Assembly (NCBI GenBank): GCA_964291315.2
Contig: OZ219753.1
Location: 832,001-896,000, forward strand
Direction: 5' to 3'
Source of the DNA: Candidatus Poribacteria bacterium
Lineage (GTDB): Bacteria; Poribacteria; WGA-4E; WGA-3G
Length of the DNA: 64,000 bases
Positions 25,995 through 36,283 of this stretch are shown here, piece after piece. The notes beneath the pieces are model-generated. The model ran no database searches. It had not been told where the DNA came from and saw only the letters and a list, made by a program, of their open reading frames with translations. The translations under genes were made by a program, and so were the position numbers. The stretch's first letter is position 1, and every line of letters begins with the position of its first letter.

Positions 25995-27836
25995 TCAACG
26001 GTACCAATGTGCTTGGGTGTAAAAAAGCTGTGCGTAGAGTCCTTCCCTTGCAAGCAGCTCCACATGGGTGCCGTCTTCGACAATACGCCCCCCATCTAGT
26101 ACCAAGATCCGGTCAGCGAGGCGGGCGGATCCCATTCGATGTGAGATCAAAAACGTCGTGCGCCCCGCTGCGAGTTCAATGACCCGCTCGTAGAGTTCGA
26201 GCTCGGCTTCTGGGTCCAGTGTGGCAGTTGGTTCGTCAAGCACAAGCACTTGCGGATTCCGAACCAAAGCGCGTGCTAGTACTATCTTTTGCCATTCACC
26301 ACCAGAGAGCTCGGCACCTTCACCTTCTTCACCGAGTGAAGGGTCTAGGAATGTATCCAAACCGCGTGGAAAGGACCTCAAAGTGTCCTGCAGCCCGAGT
26401 TGTGTGACGACTTGCCAAAGCGCGTCGTCGTCAATATGGAAGTTCGGGGGGCCAGGGACCAGCTCTTCCCGCACGGGTCGACGAAAACGAGTAAAATCTT
26501 GGAAAACAGCGGCACAGTTGCGTGCAAACTGATCAGGGGCAATAGACGCGACATTTACCCCATCGTAGCAGATCGTTCCAGCCTCTGGCTTATACAAACC
26601 AAGCAATAGTTTGATAAGTGTTGACTTTCCAGCTCCGTTGACCCCTACGATGCTAATTATCTCCCCGGGACACACCTGAAAATTTATGTCCTGTAGCACA
26701 TCTTCTTCGGCTTCCGGATATCGGAATCGGAGATTACGAACCGTCACGCCTTCTTGTAGCGGCTGAGGAAACCTCTCAGTTCCTGCCTGAATGCGATGCT
26801 CTTCTGCGCGTTCAAGAAAGACATGTAAATCTCGAAGCAACGGCAAATCTTCAAGTAGGTCTTGTATTTGGGTGAGTAAGGTCTCCAAATTTCCTTGGAA
26901 GGATGCCGCAGCACCCGTGAGGACAACATAATCTCCGAGCGTGAGATTGCCATCTACGATCCGCGCCGCAAGGATGCCTATCGCTATCGCATAGGCGACA
27001 AGTTCAGCGAGTGTTGTACCGATTGAGGCTCTTGCTTCCATCCAAAGCTTTGCAAGCGATTCTTTCCGCCATTTTTGATGGTTCGTTCGCCACCGTCCGA
27101 AAAGCAGATCGAAAAGTCCATAGAGTCGCACTTCCTGTCCAGAGGACGTACCGAGCAATAGGCTCAGCAGGTAGGCCATCATACGGCGGACAGGCGTTGC
27201 ATCGTAATCGTGGGTATACCCACGCTCGGCTGCCTTGACTTTGAGCCAAGCGGAGGGAAACGCGGGAAACACCACCACAAGCACAAGAAGTGGATCGGCA
27301 CGCCACAACAGGATACCGTATCCGACCAGCGTTACACAGAGCTGCCCGATCTCCGTGAGAAACCGTAGGAGATTCGTGAGACGATGGTTCAGTGCTTGCC
27401 GCGCTCGTTGTATCAAATCATATGTCTGCGGTTGATCGAAAACCACGTAATTTATATGGGTTGCGGCTTCAATCAAAGCACGCTGCTGATGGAGTCTTAT
27501 GAGGTTTTGCATATTCCACCTCAAGTATCCATCACAAGTGCCTGCTATGTTTCTGACTATCGCCAAAAGGAATAACGCAATCACCCAAGGGGCAGCGGTT
27601 TCTAAACTGGGTTGGGTTTCCTTGGAGAGAATAGCCGTAATGAGGTTCACCAGCCCCCGACTGGCCCAGAGGACCCCTATTGGGATACAACCGTGTATGA
27701 GCGTCAGAAGTGCCTGTGCGATTGCCCCAAATGGGCTGACTTGCCACGTCACGAAGAAAAAACGCCGCAACGTCTTTATGGCAGAAGGGCGATTTTCTGT
27801 TTCGGCGCTGGGGGAATTAGACGTATCGGAAACCAT
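25995..27836 (-). CDS. ABC exporter (fused TMD-NBD), likely heterodimer partner of the adjacent gene
   Basis: GVNGAGKST, LSGGEWQK, VLDEPT, SHR. Confidence 0.92.
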   Translation of the reverse strand: MVSDTSNSPSAETENRPSAIKTLRRFFFVTWQVSPFGAIAQALLTLIHGCIPIGVLWASRGLVNLITAILSKETQPSLETAAPWVIALFLLAIVRNIAGTCDGYLRWNMQNLIRLHQQRALIEAATHINYVVFDQPQTYDLIQRARQALNHRLTNLLRFLTEIGQLCVTLVGYGILLWRADPLLVLVVVFPAFPSAWLKVKAAERGYTHDYDATPVRRMMAYLLSLLLGTSSGQEVRLYGLFDLLFGRWRTNHQKWRKESLAKLWMEARASIGTTLAELVAYAIAIGILAARIVDGNLTLGDYVVLTGAAASFQGNLETLLTQIQDLLEDLPLLRDLHVFLERAEEHRIQAGTERFPQPLQEGVTVRNLRFRYPEAEEDVLQDINFQVCPGEIISIVGVNGAGKSTLIKLLLGLYKPEAGTICYDGVNVASIAPDQFARNCAAVFQDFTRFRRPVREELVPGPPNFHIDDDALWQVVTQLGLQDTLRSFPRGLDTFLDPSLGEEGEGAELSGGEWQKIVLARALVRNPQVLVLDEPTATLDPEAELELYERVIELAAGRTTFLISHRMGSARLADRILVLDGGRIVEDGTHVELLAREGLYAQLFYTQAHWYR

Positions 27837-28142
27837 TTACGGATTCTCTTTTATGAGGCCTGCATCGACAAACTGGCACAGCAGCTCTGCTATATCTGCT
27901 TTGATTTCTCAAAATCAAGCTTTTCGTAAGGTAAATTCAACTGCTGCAACTTCATAGCAAAACACTTGGAACTGTCGGGAATTTGTTGTATTCTCACTGG
28001 TTTCACATGCGCTAGCCATTTAAAATGGACACGATAGATCAAGCCGCGCTAAGGTTTAAACTTTTTTTAGCTCAGGTTAGTTTAAAGGAACGGATACTTC
28101 CGTTCTATATCCATCTAAATTTATATTGCATTCACCTTAAAA

Positions 28143-29099
28143 TCACATTTCCGTTGTGTTGTCTGTGCGCAGCACGACGTAGCTTCGATAGCGCTCAGCG
28201 TGTATTTCTCCGGTTTCAACGGCCTCTTGAATAGCACAGTCGGGCTCTGTGACATGCGCACAATCGTTGTATCTACAATCGCCGAGGTAGGGCTTCATCT
28301 CAGGGAAATAGTGTTCTAAATTTTCTGTATCAACACCCCACAACCCGATCTCGCGGATGCCAGGGGTATCGGCGACTTCGCCGCCGCAGTCTAGGGTGAA
28401 AAGTTCCACAAGGGTTGTTGTATGTCGTCCCTTCTGTGTTTTACTGCCGATTTCCGCGGTTCGTAGTTTTAAATTCGGTTGAAGTGCGTTCAACAAGCTG
28501 GATTTTCCGACCCCAGAAGCCCCGACGATCACACTGAATTTATGTTGTAGCACGTGCCGCAGTGCTTCAAGGCTCTTAAGGTCGTTGATGCTTGTATATA
28601 AAACCTGAATCCCCAATTTTTCATAATTAGCAAAAACATCAGAGAGTTCTTTTTGTTGTGTAGGGTCCACTAGATCCATTTTATTTAGACATATAATTGC
28701 TTGCATATCGCCTGCCTCCGCTAAGATCAGGAATCTGTCTAGCGTTCTAAAGTTGAGTGCGGGCATGAGTGTAGAAACAACGGCTATGATTTGATGTGCG
28801 TTGGCAACAATAACTTGTTCGATATCGCCATGTTTGCCGGCGTATTGCCGCGAGAATTTTGTCTCGCGAGGTAGAATGTCCTCTATTACGCCTTCTTCTT
28901 GATCGATCTGTGTGAAGATGACGTGGTCCCCGACAGCGGCCGGGTCTGCGTATACTCTACGTCCGGTTTGAGAACGGCGTTTCCGTTTGAGGTTGCCGCG
29001 GAGTGTGCATCGCAGGGTAAGGTCTTTGTATTGAACATCATAAAGTCCTGTTCGTGCGCGGATGACTCTGCCTTGTTCTTGTATAAGGATAAATTCCAC
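28143..29099 (-). CDS. rsgA: Ribosome small-subunit-dependent GTPase A
   Basis: NKMD, GASGVGKSS, GRHTTT, DTPG, C-terminal CRYNDCAH..EPDCA. Confidence 0.95.
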   Translation of the reverse strand: MEFILIQEQGRVIRARTGLYDVQYKDLTLRCTLRGNLKRKRRSQTGRRVYADPAAVGDHVIFTQIDQEEGVIEDILPRETKFSRQYAGKHGDIEQVIVANAHQIIAVVSTLMPALNFRTLDRFLILAEAGDMQAIICLNKMDLVDPTQQKELSDVFANYEKLGIQVLYTSINDLKSLEALRHVLQHKFSVIVGASGVGKSSLLNALQPNLKLRTAEIGSKTQKGRHTTTLVELFTLDCGGEVADTPGIREIGLWGVDTENLEHYFPEMKPYLGDCRYNDCAHVTEPDCAIQEAVETGEIHAERYRSYVVLRTDNTTEM

Positions 29100-29121
29100 C
29101 CCCTAAAAGTGTAAAGGTCTC

Positions 29122-29889
29122 TTAGACGTAAAACTTCATAGTTTTCAGGGCGGTCTCGACATCTTCATCAAAGTTATCAAATTTACATTCACACGAGACG
29201 CGGCCGTCATATCCAGCTGCCTGTAATGCTGCAAAGAAATTTGTAAAGTCAAACTCGTCATTTCCCGGGTAGGAGCGTTTGACAGGTTCCGCGATGTGGG
29301 CGTGTGCAAGCCACTCTGCGGCATTGATGATGTTTTGCATTGGTTCTTTTTCCTGCCACATATGGTAGAGGTCTGCTAGTACTTTGATAGGTTTGCGGTT
29401 CACTCGTTTTGCCATGGCGAGTGCGTCTGCAACTGTCCGCAGAATGTTTCCTTCTTGTGAGCAAATTGGTTCGATGACAATAGTCATGTTGTGTGTTTGT
29501 GCGTGCTCTGCTGCCATTTCTAAGAATTCTGCGATCTGTGCTAACGCCCGTTCGCGTGAGTAGCCTTCTCCTATGTTCCGTGAAGCGCTGCTTCCGTAGA
29601 CAATAATCTTGCCGCCGATTTCGCTGGCTCTGCGACAGGCGGTTTCGACATAGCGGGCTAGGCGTGGCAGGTCCACTGTATCGCCTACGACGCGCAGATC
29701 GCGCGGGATGAACCCTGAGAACGTCTCGGGGTTTAAAGGTGCGTTTGCCGCTTGATCACGGATTTTCTGAAATTCGGTTTCGTCTGCCTCCGGCATTAGC
29801 GCCGGTTGTACTCCTAATTCGATGTAGTCGTATCCAACTTCTGCAAGTCTGTTGACATTTTCTAAACTCGTACAAATTCCAAATCGCAT
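29122..29889 (-). CDS. Sugar phosphate isomerase/epimerase (xylose isomerase-like TIM barrel)
   Basis: GYDYIEL, VIEP, ADLYHM, HAHIAE, R..PG, SCEC. Confidence 0.85.
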   Translation of the reverse strand: MRFGICTSLENVNRLAEVGYDYIELGVQPALMPEADETEFQKIRDQAANAPLNPETFSGFIPRDLRVVGDTVDLPRLARYVETACRRASEIGGKIIVYGSSASRNIGEGYSRERALAQIAEFLEMAAEHAQTHNMTIVIEPICSQEGNILRTVADALAMAKRVNRKPIKVLADLYHMWQEKEPMQNIINAAEWLAHAHIAEPVKRSYPGNDEFDFTNFFAALQAAGYDGRVSCECKFDNFDEDVETALKTMKFYV

Positions 29890-30033
29890 GTGTTCACTCC
29901 TTAGTAGCGGGCTCCTGGGTTTTTAAGTGTTAGTAGAGCGTGTAATGGTTACGAACGTTGGTAGCGTTGACAAAGCTCTCTTCGCTTTTCTCACAGTAAA
30001 AGTTGGAAGCGAGGCGGTTTGGTGCGAGTCACT

Positions 30034-30837
30034 TTATTTTCCGAATCGTCGCTTGCGTTGGCTATAAGCGCGCAGTGCGCGAAGAAAGTCGATCTTTCGA
30101 AACGATGGCCAGTATGTGTCACAGAAGTAGAATTCTGAGTAGACGCTCTGCCAGAGCAAAAATCCGGATAGCCGGACCTCTCCACTTGTCCGGATGATTA
30201 GCTCCGGGTCGGGGAGGTCTGAGGTATAGAGATAGGGCGTTATTTTGTCCACAGTTAGTTCGTCTGCGACTTGGCAGATTGTTTTGCCGCTATCCCTTTC
30301 GGCTTTTAGGTGTCCTCGGAGTGCCTCTATAATTTCCTCGCGTCCGCCATATGCGACGGCGACGTTTAGGATAAACTTGTCGTAATGTTGGGTTGCTTCC
30401 TCTGCGTGCCGAATTGCTTCTTGAAGGCTGAGGGGTAGTAGTTCTATTTGCCCCATTGCTCGAACTTTAATTTGATTCTCATGGAGTCCCTCAATTGTGA
30501 CGAGTTCGCGCATTTTTCCTTCGATTAGTCCGAGGATACCTTCCACTTCATGTGCTGCGCGTTTAAAGTTATCAAGCGAGAATATCCAAATTGAGAAGAC
30601 TTTGATGCCTAATTCGTCACACCAATGCAGCACCTCTTCCAATTTATTTGCGCCTTCGTGGTGGCCCTTGATGACATTATCAAGTCCACTGGCTTTAGCG
30701 TAACGGCGATTGCCGTCAAGGATCACGCCAATATGCCGTGGAACGTTCCATTTATTCGCCTCGGACTCCAAACGTCTCTGATAAGCGTTGTAGAAAAATT
30801 TCTCGATTCGTTTTTTAATGTAACGGAATGGATTCAT
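30034..30837 (-). CDS. uppS: cis-prenyltransferase (UppS family); start moved to ATG 30837
   Basis: HIGVILDGNRR, YGGREEI, IRTSGEVRLSGFLLWQ, RRFG. Confidence 0.88.
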   Translation of the reverse strand: MNPFRYIKKRIEKFFYNAYQRRLESEANKWNVPRHIGVILDGNRRYAKASGLDNVIKGHHEGANKLEEVLHWCDELGIKVFSIWIFSLDNFKRAAHEVEGILGLIEGKMRELVTIEGLHENQIKVRAMGQIELLPLSLQEAIRHAEEATQHYDKFILNVAVAYGGREEIIEALRGHLKAERDSGKTICQVADELTVDKITPYLYTSDLPDPELIIRTSGEVRLSGFLLWQSVYSEFYFCDTYWPSFRKIDFLRALRAYSQRKRRFGK

Positions 30838-31163
30838 TTTCGCGTCCAGGTTTGTTGCGGCAAGTTGCAGATTAAAGTGCGCTCCTGAAGACCCACATGA
30901 CAAAATTTATTATATCATGTGGAAGTTATTAAGAAAAGTCTATTTTGCTACTGCAGTTTTTCTTTAGCATTCTTTGATAATTAACATCGGTTTGGCTAAC
31001 GCCTGGGCTATTCTGTTTTCTAATCTCTTCGGTTTCCCTACAAATAGTCGCGGGCAGGCGCTTATTTCTACAATAAAAGGAGTCAACGTTGGATGCATGG
31101 GTAGCATCCGGCAGAGATTATGATGTCCTATGGGGAAAACTGAATGGCTATGTCTTTAAAGGG

Positions 31164-31192
31164 TTGACAGGTCGTGGTTTGTGTGATAAAGT
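31164..31192 (+). promoter_or_regulatory. sigma70-type promoter
   Basis: TTGACA-17 nt-TAAAGT. Confidence 0.55.
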
Positions 31193-31302
31193 TGTTAAAA
31201 ATATGCATGAGGCCATTGTAGAATGTGGTGTTAAGCAACCCGTCTACCAATGGATTTGTAAAAAAGCAAAATCATTTCGCAGTTACCGAGGCAGTATTTT
31301 AT

Positions 31303-33270
31303 ATGAAAGATGAAACCCTTCCTTCCTTAGCAGCATCTCACATTCCTGCCCACGGTGTCACACTCAAATCTATACTTATTGCTGTTATCCTCATACCGAT
31401 TAACTGTTATTGGGTTATTGAGATGGAGGTTATCCGATATTCAGGGCATCCTGTGACGATTTCTCTCTTTTTCAACGTAATCTTTAGCCTCTTCGTGGTA
31501 ATAGGTGTGAATCAATTGTTGCGGCGTTTTCTACCGAGGCTGACCTTGGCGCAGAGCGAATTAGTAGTTGTTTACCTGATGTTATCTATTGCTTCAGGTA
31601 TCGCTGGTCATGACATGCTTGAAATTTTGGTGCCGATGTTGGGACATGCGTTCCGCTTTGCAACGCCAGAAAATGAGTGGCAGCAGTTGTTTGTGCCATT
31701 TCTCCCAGAGTGGCTTACTGTTAGTGACACAAAGCTCTTATACGGCTATTATGAAGGGGAGCTGCCCCTTTATACGGTTAGAACGTTATTGGGTTGGGCA
31801 ACTCCTGTTCTGTGGTGGACTGCTTTTATTACGTTGTTGGTTTTTGGGATGCTTTGCATTAATATAATCGTCCGAAAACAGTGGATTGAACACGAAAAGC
31901 TCAGTTATCCTATAATTCAGTTACCACTTCAATTAACAGAGACACCCCAAAATCGTCTTTTTCAAAACAGGCTGATGTGGATCGGCTTTGGGATTGCAGG
32001 TGCGCTTGCTCTCTGGAATGGTATCAACTTTCTGTATCCGATTTTACCTGAATTACGAACGCGTGTGCGGAGTGTTCAAATCTTTACAGAGAGTCCGTGG
32101 AACGCTATGGGTAGAATCCCGTTTTCATTCTATCCTTTTGCTATTGGACTTGGTTTCTTTATCCCGCTGGATCTTTCGTTCTCTTGTTGGTTTTTCTTCT
32201 GGTATTGGCGGTTTATGCGGGTTTTTGGTGCTGCGCTTGGGCTGCGCAGCCTCCCTGGCTTCCCTTATATGAGTGAGCAAGCGTCTGGTGGCTATCTTGC
32301 GCTATGCATTTTGGCAATTTGGGCAAGTCGAAGGCATCTTTTGCGGGTTGGAAGAACTGTTCTTGGCCTGAATACCCAGCGGAAAAACAGTGAAACGTCT
32401 GCTTCAAGCGAACCGATGTCGTATCGGGCAGCTACTTTCTGCCTGATAGCCGTAATGGGGTTTCTTACTGTTTTCTGTTACTACGGTGAGGCTGAAGTGT
32501 GGGTGATGTTCACATTTTTTGTAGTTTACTATATGATTTCCATTGCTATAACTCGGATGCGCGCTGAGTTAGGTACTCCTGTTCATGACTTACACTATTC
32601 TGGTCCGGATGAAATATTGACTCGCACTGTCGGCACACGCCGGTTGGGTAGAAACAACCTTATTATGTTTTCCATGTTTTGGTTTATCAATCGTGCATAT
32701 CGGAGTCATCCGATGCCGCACCAGTTGGAGGGTTTCAAAATCATGGAGCGTACAAACATGACAATGCATCGCATAGTTTTCGCTTTGACGTTAGCAACTG
32801 TTTTGGGTTCATTGGCGGGGTTTTGGGCGTTGATTGATCGTGCTTATCGCTTGGGCATGGAAGTGCGGGCTTATTCGCCGTCTCTGAGTGCTTTCGGCAT
32901 AGAGCCGTATCGTCGCCTTGCTGGATGGTTACAAGCGCCTGAAGGGGCGCTTATACCGGAGAGCGGGTTTATGGGGGTCGGTTTTCTGTTGACAACGGTG
33001 CTTATGTTTTTTCGGATGCGTTTCGTTTGGTGGCCATTTCATCCTGCTGGATTTGCTATCTCAACAAGTTGGGGCATGAACGTTACGTGGAGTTGTCTAT
33101 TCCTGAGCTGGTTGATCAAGTGGCTTATTCTTCAATATGGCGGTGTGATTCAACATCGCAAGATATCTCCGTTCTTCTTGGGATTAATCTTAGGAGAGTT
33201 TACAGTCGGCAGTCTGTGGACAATTCTCGGAATTATCGCTGGAATTCCTACCTACGGGTTTTGGGTTTAA
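31303..33270 (+). CDS. Polytopic membrane protein (DUF6785/DUF6784-like, putative transporter)
   Basis: Many TM segments; RKQW..HEKLSYP, TRMRAE.G, WWPFHPAG, FFLGLILGE; GAGG RBS before ATG 31303. Confidence 0.7.
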   Translation: MKDETLPSLAASHIPAHGVTLKSILIAVILIPINCYWVIEMEVIRYSGHPVTISLFFNVIFSLFVVIGVNQLLRRFLPRLTLAQSELVVVYLMLSIASGIAGHDMLEILVPMLGHAFRFATPENEWQQLFVPFLPEWLTVSDTKLLYGYYEGELPLYTVRTLLGWATPVLWWTAFITLLVFGMLCINIIVRKQWIEHEKLSYPIIQLPLQLTETPQNRLFQNRLMWIGFGIAGALALWNGINFLYPILPELRTRVRSVQIFTESPWNAMGRIPFSFYPFAIGLGFFIPLDLSFSCWFFFWYWRFMRVFGAALGLRSLPGFPYMSEQASGGYLALCILAIWASRRHLLRVGRTVLGLNTQRKNSETSASSEPMSYRAATFCLIAVMGFLTVFCYYGEAEVWVMFTFFVVYYMISIAITRMRAELGTPVHDLHYSGPDEILTRTVGTRRLGRNNLIMFSMFWFINRAYRSHPMPHQLEGFKIMERTNMTMHRIVFALTLATVLGSLAGFWALIDRAYRLGMEVRAYSPSLSAFGIEPYRRLAGWLQAPEGALIPESGFMGVGFLLTTVLMFFRMRFVWWPFHPAGFAISTSWGMNVTWSCLFLSWLIKWLILQYGGVIQHRKISPFFLGLILGEFTVGSLWTILGIIAGIPTYGFWV

Positions 33271-33319
33271 CCGGTTCAGGTTATCCGGGTGCTGCTGTTC
33301 TCTAACGTCTGATGTAATG

Positions 33320-36193
33320 TTAATACCCTTCATCAGGGCGTGTATTTATCGCTAGGTTTAGTGGTAAGAAAAATAGTGTCAGACTGAACAAAACTGCCCA
33401 CTGCCATTCCCATTTGAGATGTGCCATCCCCAAGAATTGCCTAATAGGTTCGACATAGACAGCAATCAGATGAAGTGCGATGCAGGTGAAGAAGACGATG
33501 AGGAGTTGGGTATTGGCAAACATCCGCTGGAAGAGCGGTTCCCATGGATACCGCAATGTTTGCCAACATGTCGTCAATTGTGTAAGAATCAGCGTGGTAC
33601 ATGCGACTGTTCGCGCTATTGAGATATCCGGGATTTCCTGATTTGTCGGATTTGAAGTGGAGAATACATTTTTCAGTAATGTCGAAATGCCGAGCGGATC
33701 AGAGAGGGCAGGCGAGTTCCAAAGCAGGAAGAAAAACGGGATAACCGTCATCAGCGCGATGGTTGCAGAACGGCAAATAATATCTACAAGTGTTGTTTTC
33801 GAGAAGAAGCGGGAAGTGGAAAAAAGGGTTGGTCGGTGATGTTTTTCATCTGCAAATATTTTTTCTGTTCCGACCGCTAATGAGGGCAGTAAGGTTAGGA
33901 GGAATTGCACCCAAATGACTTGTGTTAACGTCAAAGGCATAGGCAGTTTATAGAGGTAATGTAAGATTGTGCCGAAGGTAAGTGTTAGGAGTAAGGAGAG
34001 CGTGCAGGAGAAACTCCATCTTAGAAAGCCGGCGATATTGTGATATGCTTCTCGTGCGTAAAGTAGTCCGTCTCTTACTGCTTGAAAGCCTTTTGTGTCG
34101 ATTAATCCGTCAGCGACGGCTTGAACGACATGTGATGCTCGGTTGCTATCTGCGAGCGTAGTGTTGGCGACGTTCATGGCGCGCAGGTCTGCGCTATTTT
34201 CGCCGAGGAATCCCACGATTTGTCCTTGTCGTTTCAGGCTGAGAACAATATTTCTGCGTTGTTCCCAGTTGGGTTGAGAATAAGCAAGCCACTTTGAGTT
34301 TTCTGCGTCGAATTTTTCACGTGGAATTTCTTCTAGTTCGTCGGCGGATACGACTGATTTTCTGTTGTGAATTAACCCGAGGTCCTTGGCGAAATCGATT
34401 GTCTGTTGTTTTGTATCTTCTGCCATGAGGATAATTTTAAGTCCGGTATCAAGGCTGGATTTGAGCACCTTCTTTGTTTGTTCACTGTTGCTGACAGAGA
34501 GCGCGATAAACCCCAAAAATGTTGCGCTGTTTTCCATTTCCTGTGGTTTCAAAATAACGTCGGAGGAGTGGAAGGCGACTCCGTAAATCTGGGCTCTAGT
34601 GGTAAGTAGGTAGTTAATAGCTTCGCAGTATTTCTCGTATCGGTCATCTTGCATCGGTACAATTTCGCCACCGATAAAGACTTCTGCACAAGTATCAAGC
34701 ACTATCTGTGCGTCCCCAAAAATGACATTGGAATAGTTCTCTGGTTCTGCCTCGAACACCTTCATCTGATATCCGTAATTACGTGTGGCGGGGTATGAAT
34801 CTACCAAGGGGAGTTTGTGGTGCAGCGCATTGAGTTGGTAGCCGAGTTGTTGGATCGCTTTTTGAATGGTTGCTTGTGCTGAAAGAGCCTCGTTTGGTGT
34901 TCGTGTGTTTGAGTCTTCCTCTATATTGGGAGTCTCGGAATTATCTGTTTGTTGTTGGTTAGAAATACAGAGTCCAGCTGTAAATAGCAGGTGAGGCACA
35001 CCTTGCGGGATTTTTCCGCGGGTCGGCATTGTCTCAACCGTCTCTTGTCGTTCTCTGGGGGACAGGCTTTGCAAAGAGTCTAACCACTGCTGCAAGGCGT
35101 TACCGTCAACGAGTTGTTCATCCACAAAGAGATTAGAGATTGTTAATGTTCGTGTTGTAGAGAGGCCTTCTTCATTTGCGCAGAAGGCGGTAATGCGGCT
35201 CAATTTTTCAAGGCTGCGTGGGTTTCGTAATATAATGCCTTTTGCCAATAGTTTTTGGGTATGCTGCGAAAAAGAGACCCGCAGCAATGAAATGGCATCG
35301 TGTGGTGTAGCGGCAAGGATGAAGAGTACTCCAAGGTATAGCAGTGCGTACCAATCGGTTGACTGCTTCTGATATTCAAACCACCAAGCGACTCCAACAG
35401 TTATGCTGGCAACAATTGCTCCTGCCACTTTCATAGTGTTGTGGAGGTTTTGCGCCTCATTTTCTGCCAGGGTGTTCCGGGTTTTCGGTGCATGGACATC
35501 ACGTCGTTGTTTTCGTATTTCCAGGTCTTTTCCTGTCTGTACAACAATTGCGAATCCGTGTCCTGCCGTGATGTATGTTCCCCCGAATGCCATATTTTTT
35601 TGTTTTTGTGGTGGTACGCCTGCCTCAGTAATATCCGAGCTTGTTTTCATTACTGGTTCTTGAGTACCAAAGAGTGCGGATTCGTCGATCCTCAGTCCTT
35701 CAGATTCGATAATTCGGGCATCAGCTGGCACATAGTCGCCTGCCGTGAGGGGGAGTAGATCACCCGGCAAGATGTCTTCGGGGGGGTATCTGTCTGTTTT
35801 TCCGTCCCGGATGACTTTGACACTGTGTGCCATAAGTTGGCGTATGCTCTTGTCGCGGTTGCGGTTTTGATGGTTTGTCAGATACGCCCATCCGATATGC
35901 AGAATTAAGACAGCTGCAACAACTCCTATCGTAGAAAGACTAATACCGCTTGCTTCCTTGGTAAAGGCGATAATCAAGGTAATCATTGCTAATGTCAGAA
36001 CGATGATGCGCCATGTAACCAGTGGCCCTAGGATCTCTTTAAGAGGCGGCGTTTTTTCCATGGGTTCCAGATCGTTCGTGCCATACTGTGCTTTCGCTTT
36101 TTCTACAGCGGAAGCGCTCAACCCTTGGTTGATACTGGAGTTGAATTTATTCAATATGGATGCAATGTTTTCGGTATAAAAATTTGGTATCAT
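33320..36193 (-). CDS. P-type ATPase (type II-like) homologue with degenerate catalytic motifs
   Basis: GLS...YGTN, VIRDG...PGD...GDYVPADARI and PMPL..QVIW retained; DKTGT replaced by NEEGL. Confidence 0.85.
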   Translation of the reverse strand: MIPNFYTENIASILNKFNSSINQGLSASAVEKAKAQYGTNDLEPMEKTPPLKEILGPLVTWRIIVLTLAMITLIIAFTKEASGISLSTIGVVAAVLILHIGWAYLTNHQNRNRDKSIRQLMAHSVKVIRDGKTDRYPPEDILPGDLLPLTAGDYVPADARIIESEGLRIDESALFGTQEPVMKTSSDITEAGVPPQKQKNMAFGGTYITAGHGFAIVVQTGKDLEIRKQRRDVHAPKTRNTLAENEAQNLHNTMKVAGAIVASITVGVAWWFEYQKQSTDWYALLYLGVLFILAATPHDAISLLRVSFSQHTQKLLAKGIILRNPRSLEKLSRITAFCANEEGLSTTRTLTISNLFVDEQLVDGNALQQWLDSLQSLSPRERQETVETMPTRGKIPQGVPHLLFTAGLCISNQQQTDNSETPNIEEDSNTRTPNEALSAQATIQKAIQQLGYQLNALHHKLPLVDSYPATRNYGYQMKVFEAEPENYSNVIFGDAQIVLDTCAEVFIGGEIVPMQDDRYEKYCEAINYLLTTRAQIYGVAFHSSDVILKPQEMENSATFLGFIALSVSNSEQTKKVLKSSLDTGLKIILMAEDTKQQTIDFAKDLGLIHNRKSVVSADELEEIPREKFDAENSKWLAYSQPNWEQRRNIVLSLKRQGQIVGFLGENSADLRAMNVANTTLADSNRASHVVQAVADGLIDTKGFQAVRDGLLYAREAYHNIAGFLRWSFSCTLSLLLTLTFGTILHYLYKLPMPLTLTQVIWVQFLLTLLPSLAVGTEKIFADEKHHRPTLFSTSRFFSKTTLVDIICRSATIALMTVIPFFFLLWNSPALSDPLGISTLLKNVFSTSNPTNQEIPDISIARTVACTTLILTQLTTCWQTLRYPWEPLFQRMFANTQLLIVFFTCIALHLIAVYVEPIRQFLGMAHLKWEWQWAVLFSLTLFFLPLNLAINTRPDEGY

Positions 36194-36283
36194 ATTTTTT
36201 TAAGTGCAAGGCTTTAGCGGATTGGGGAACCTATGTCCCCATGAAATTCCAAAGTTAGCAATCCTGATTGATATTTCGGGGTG

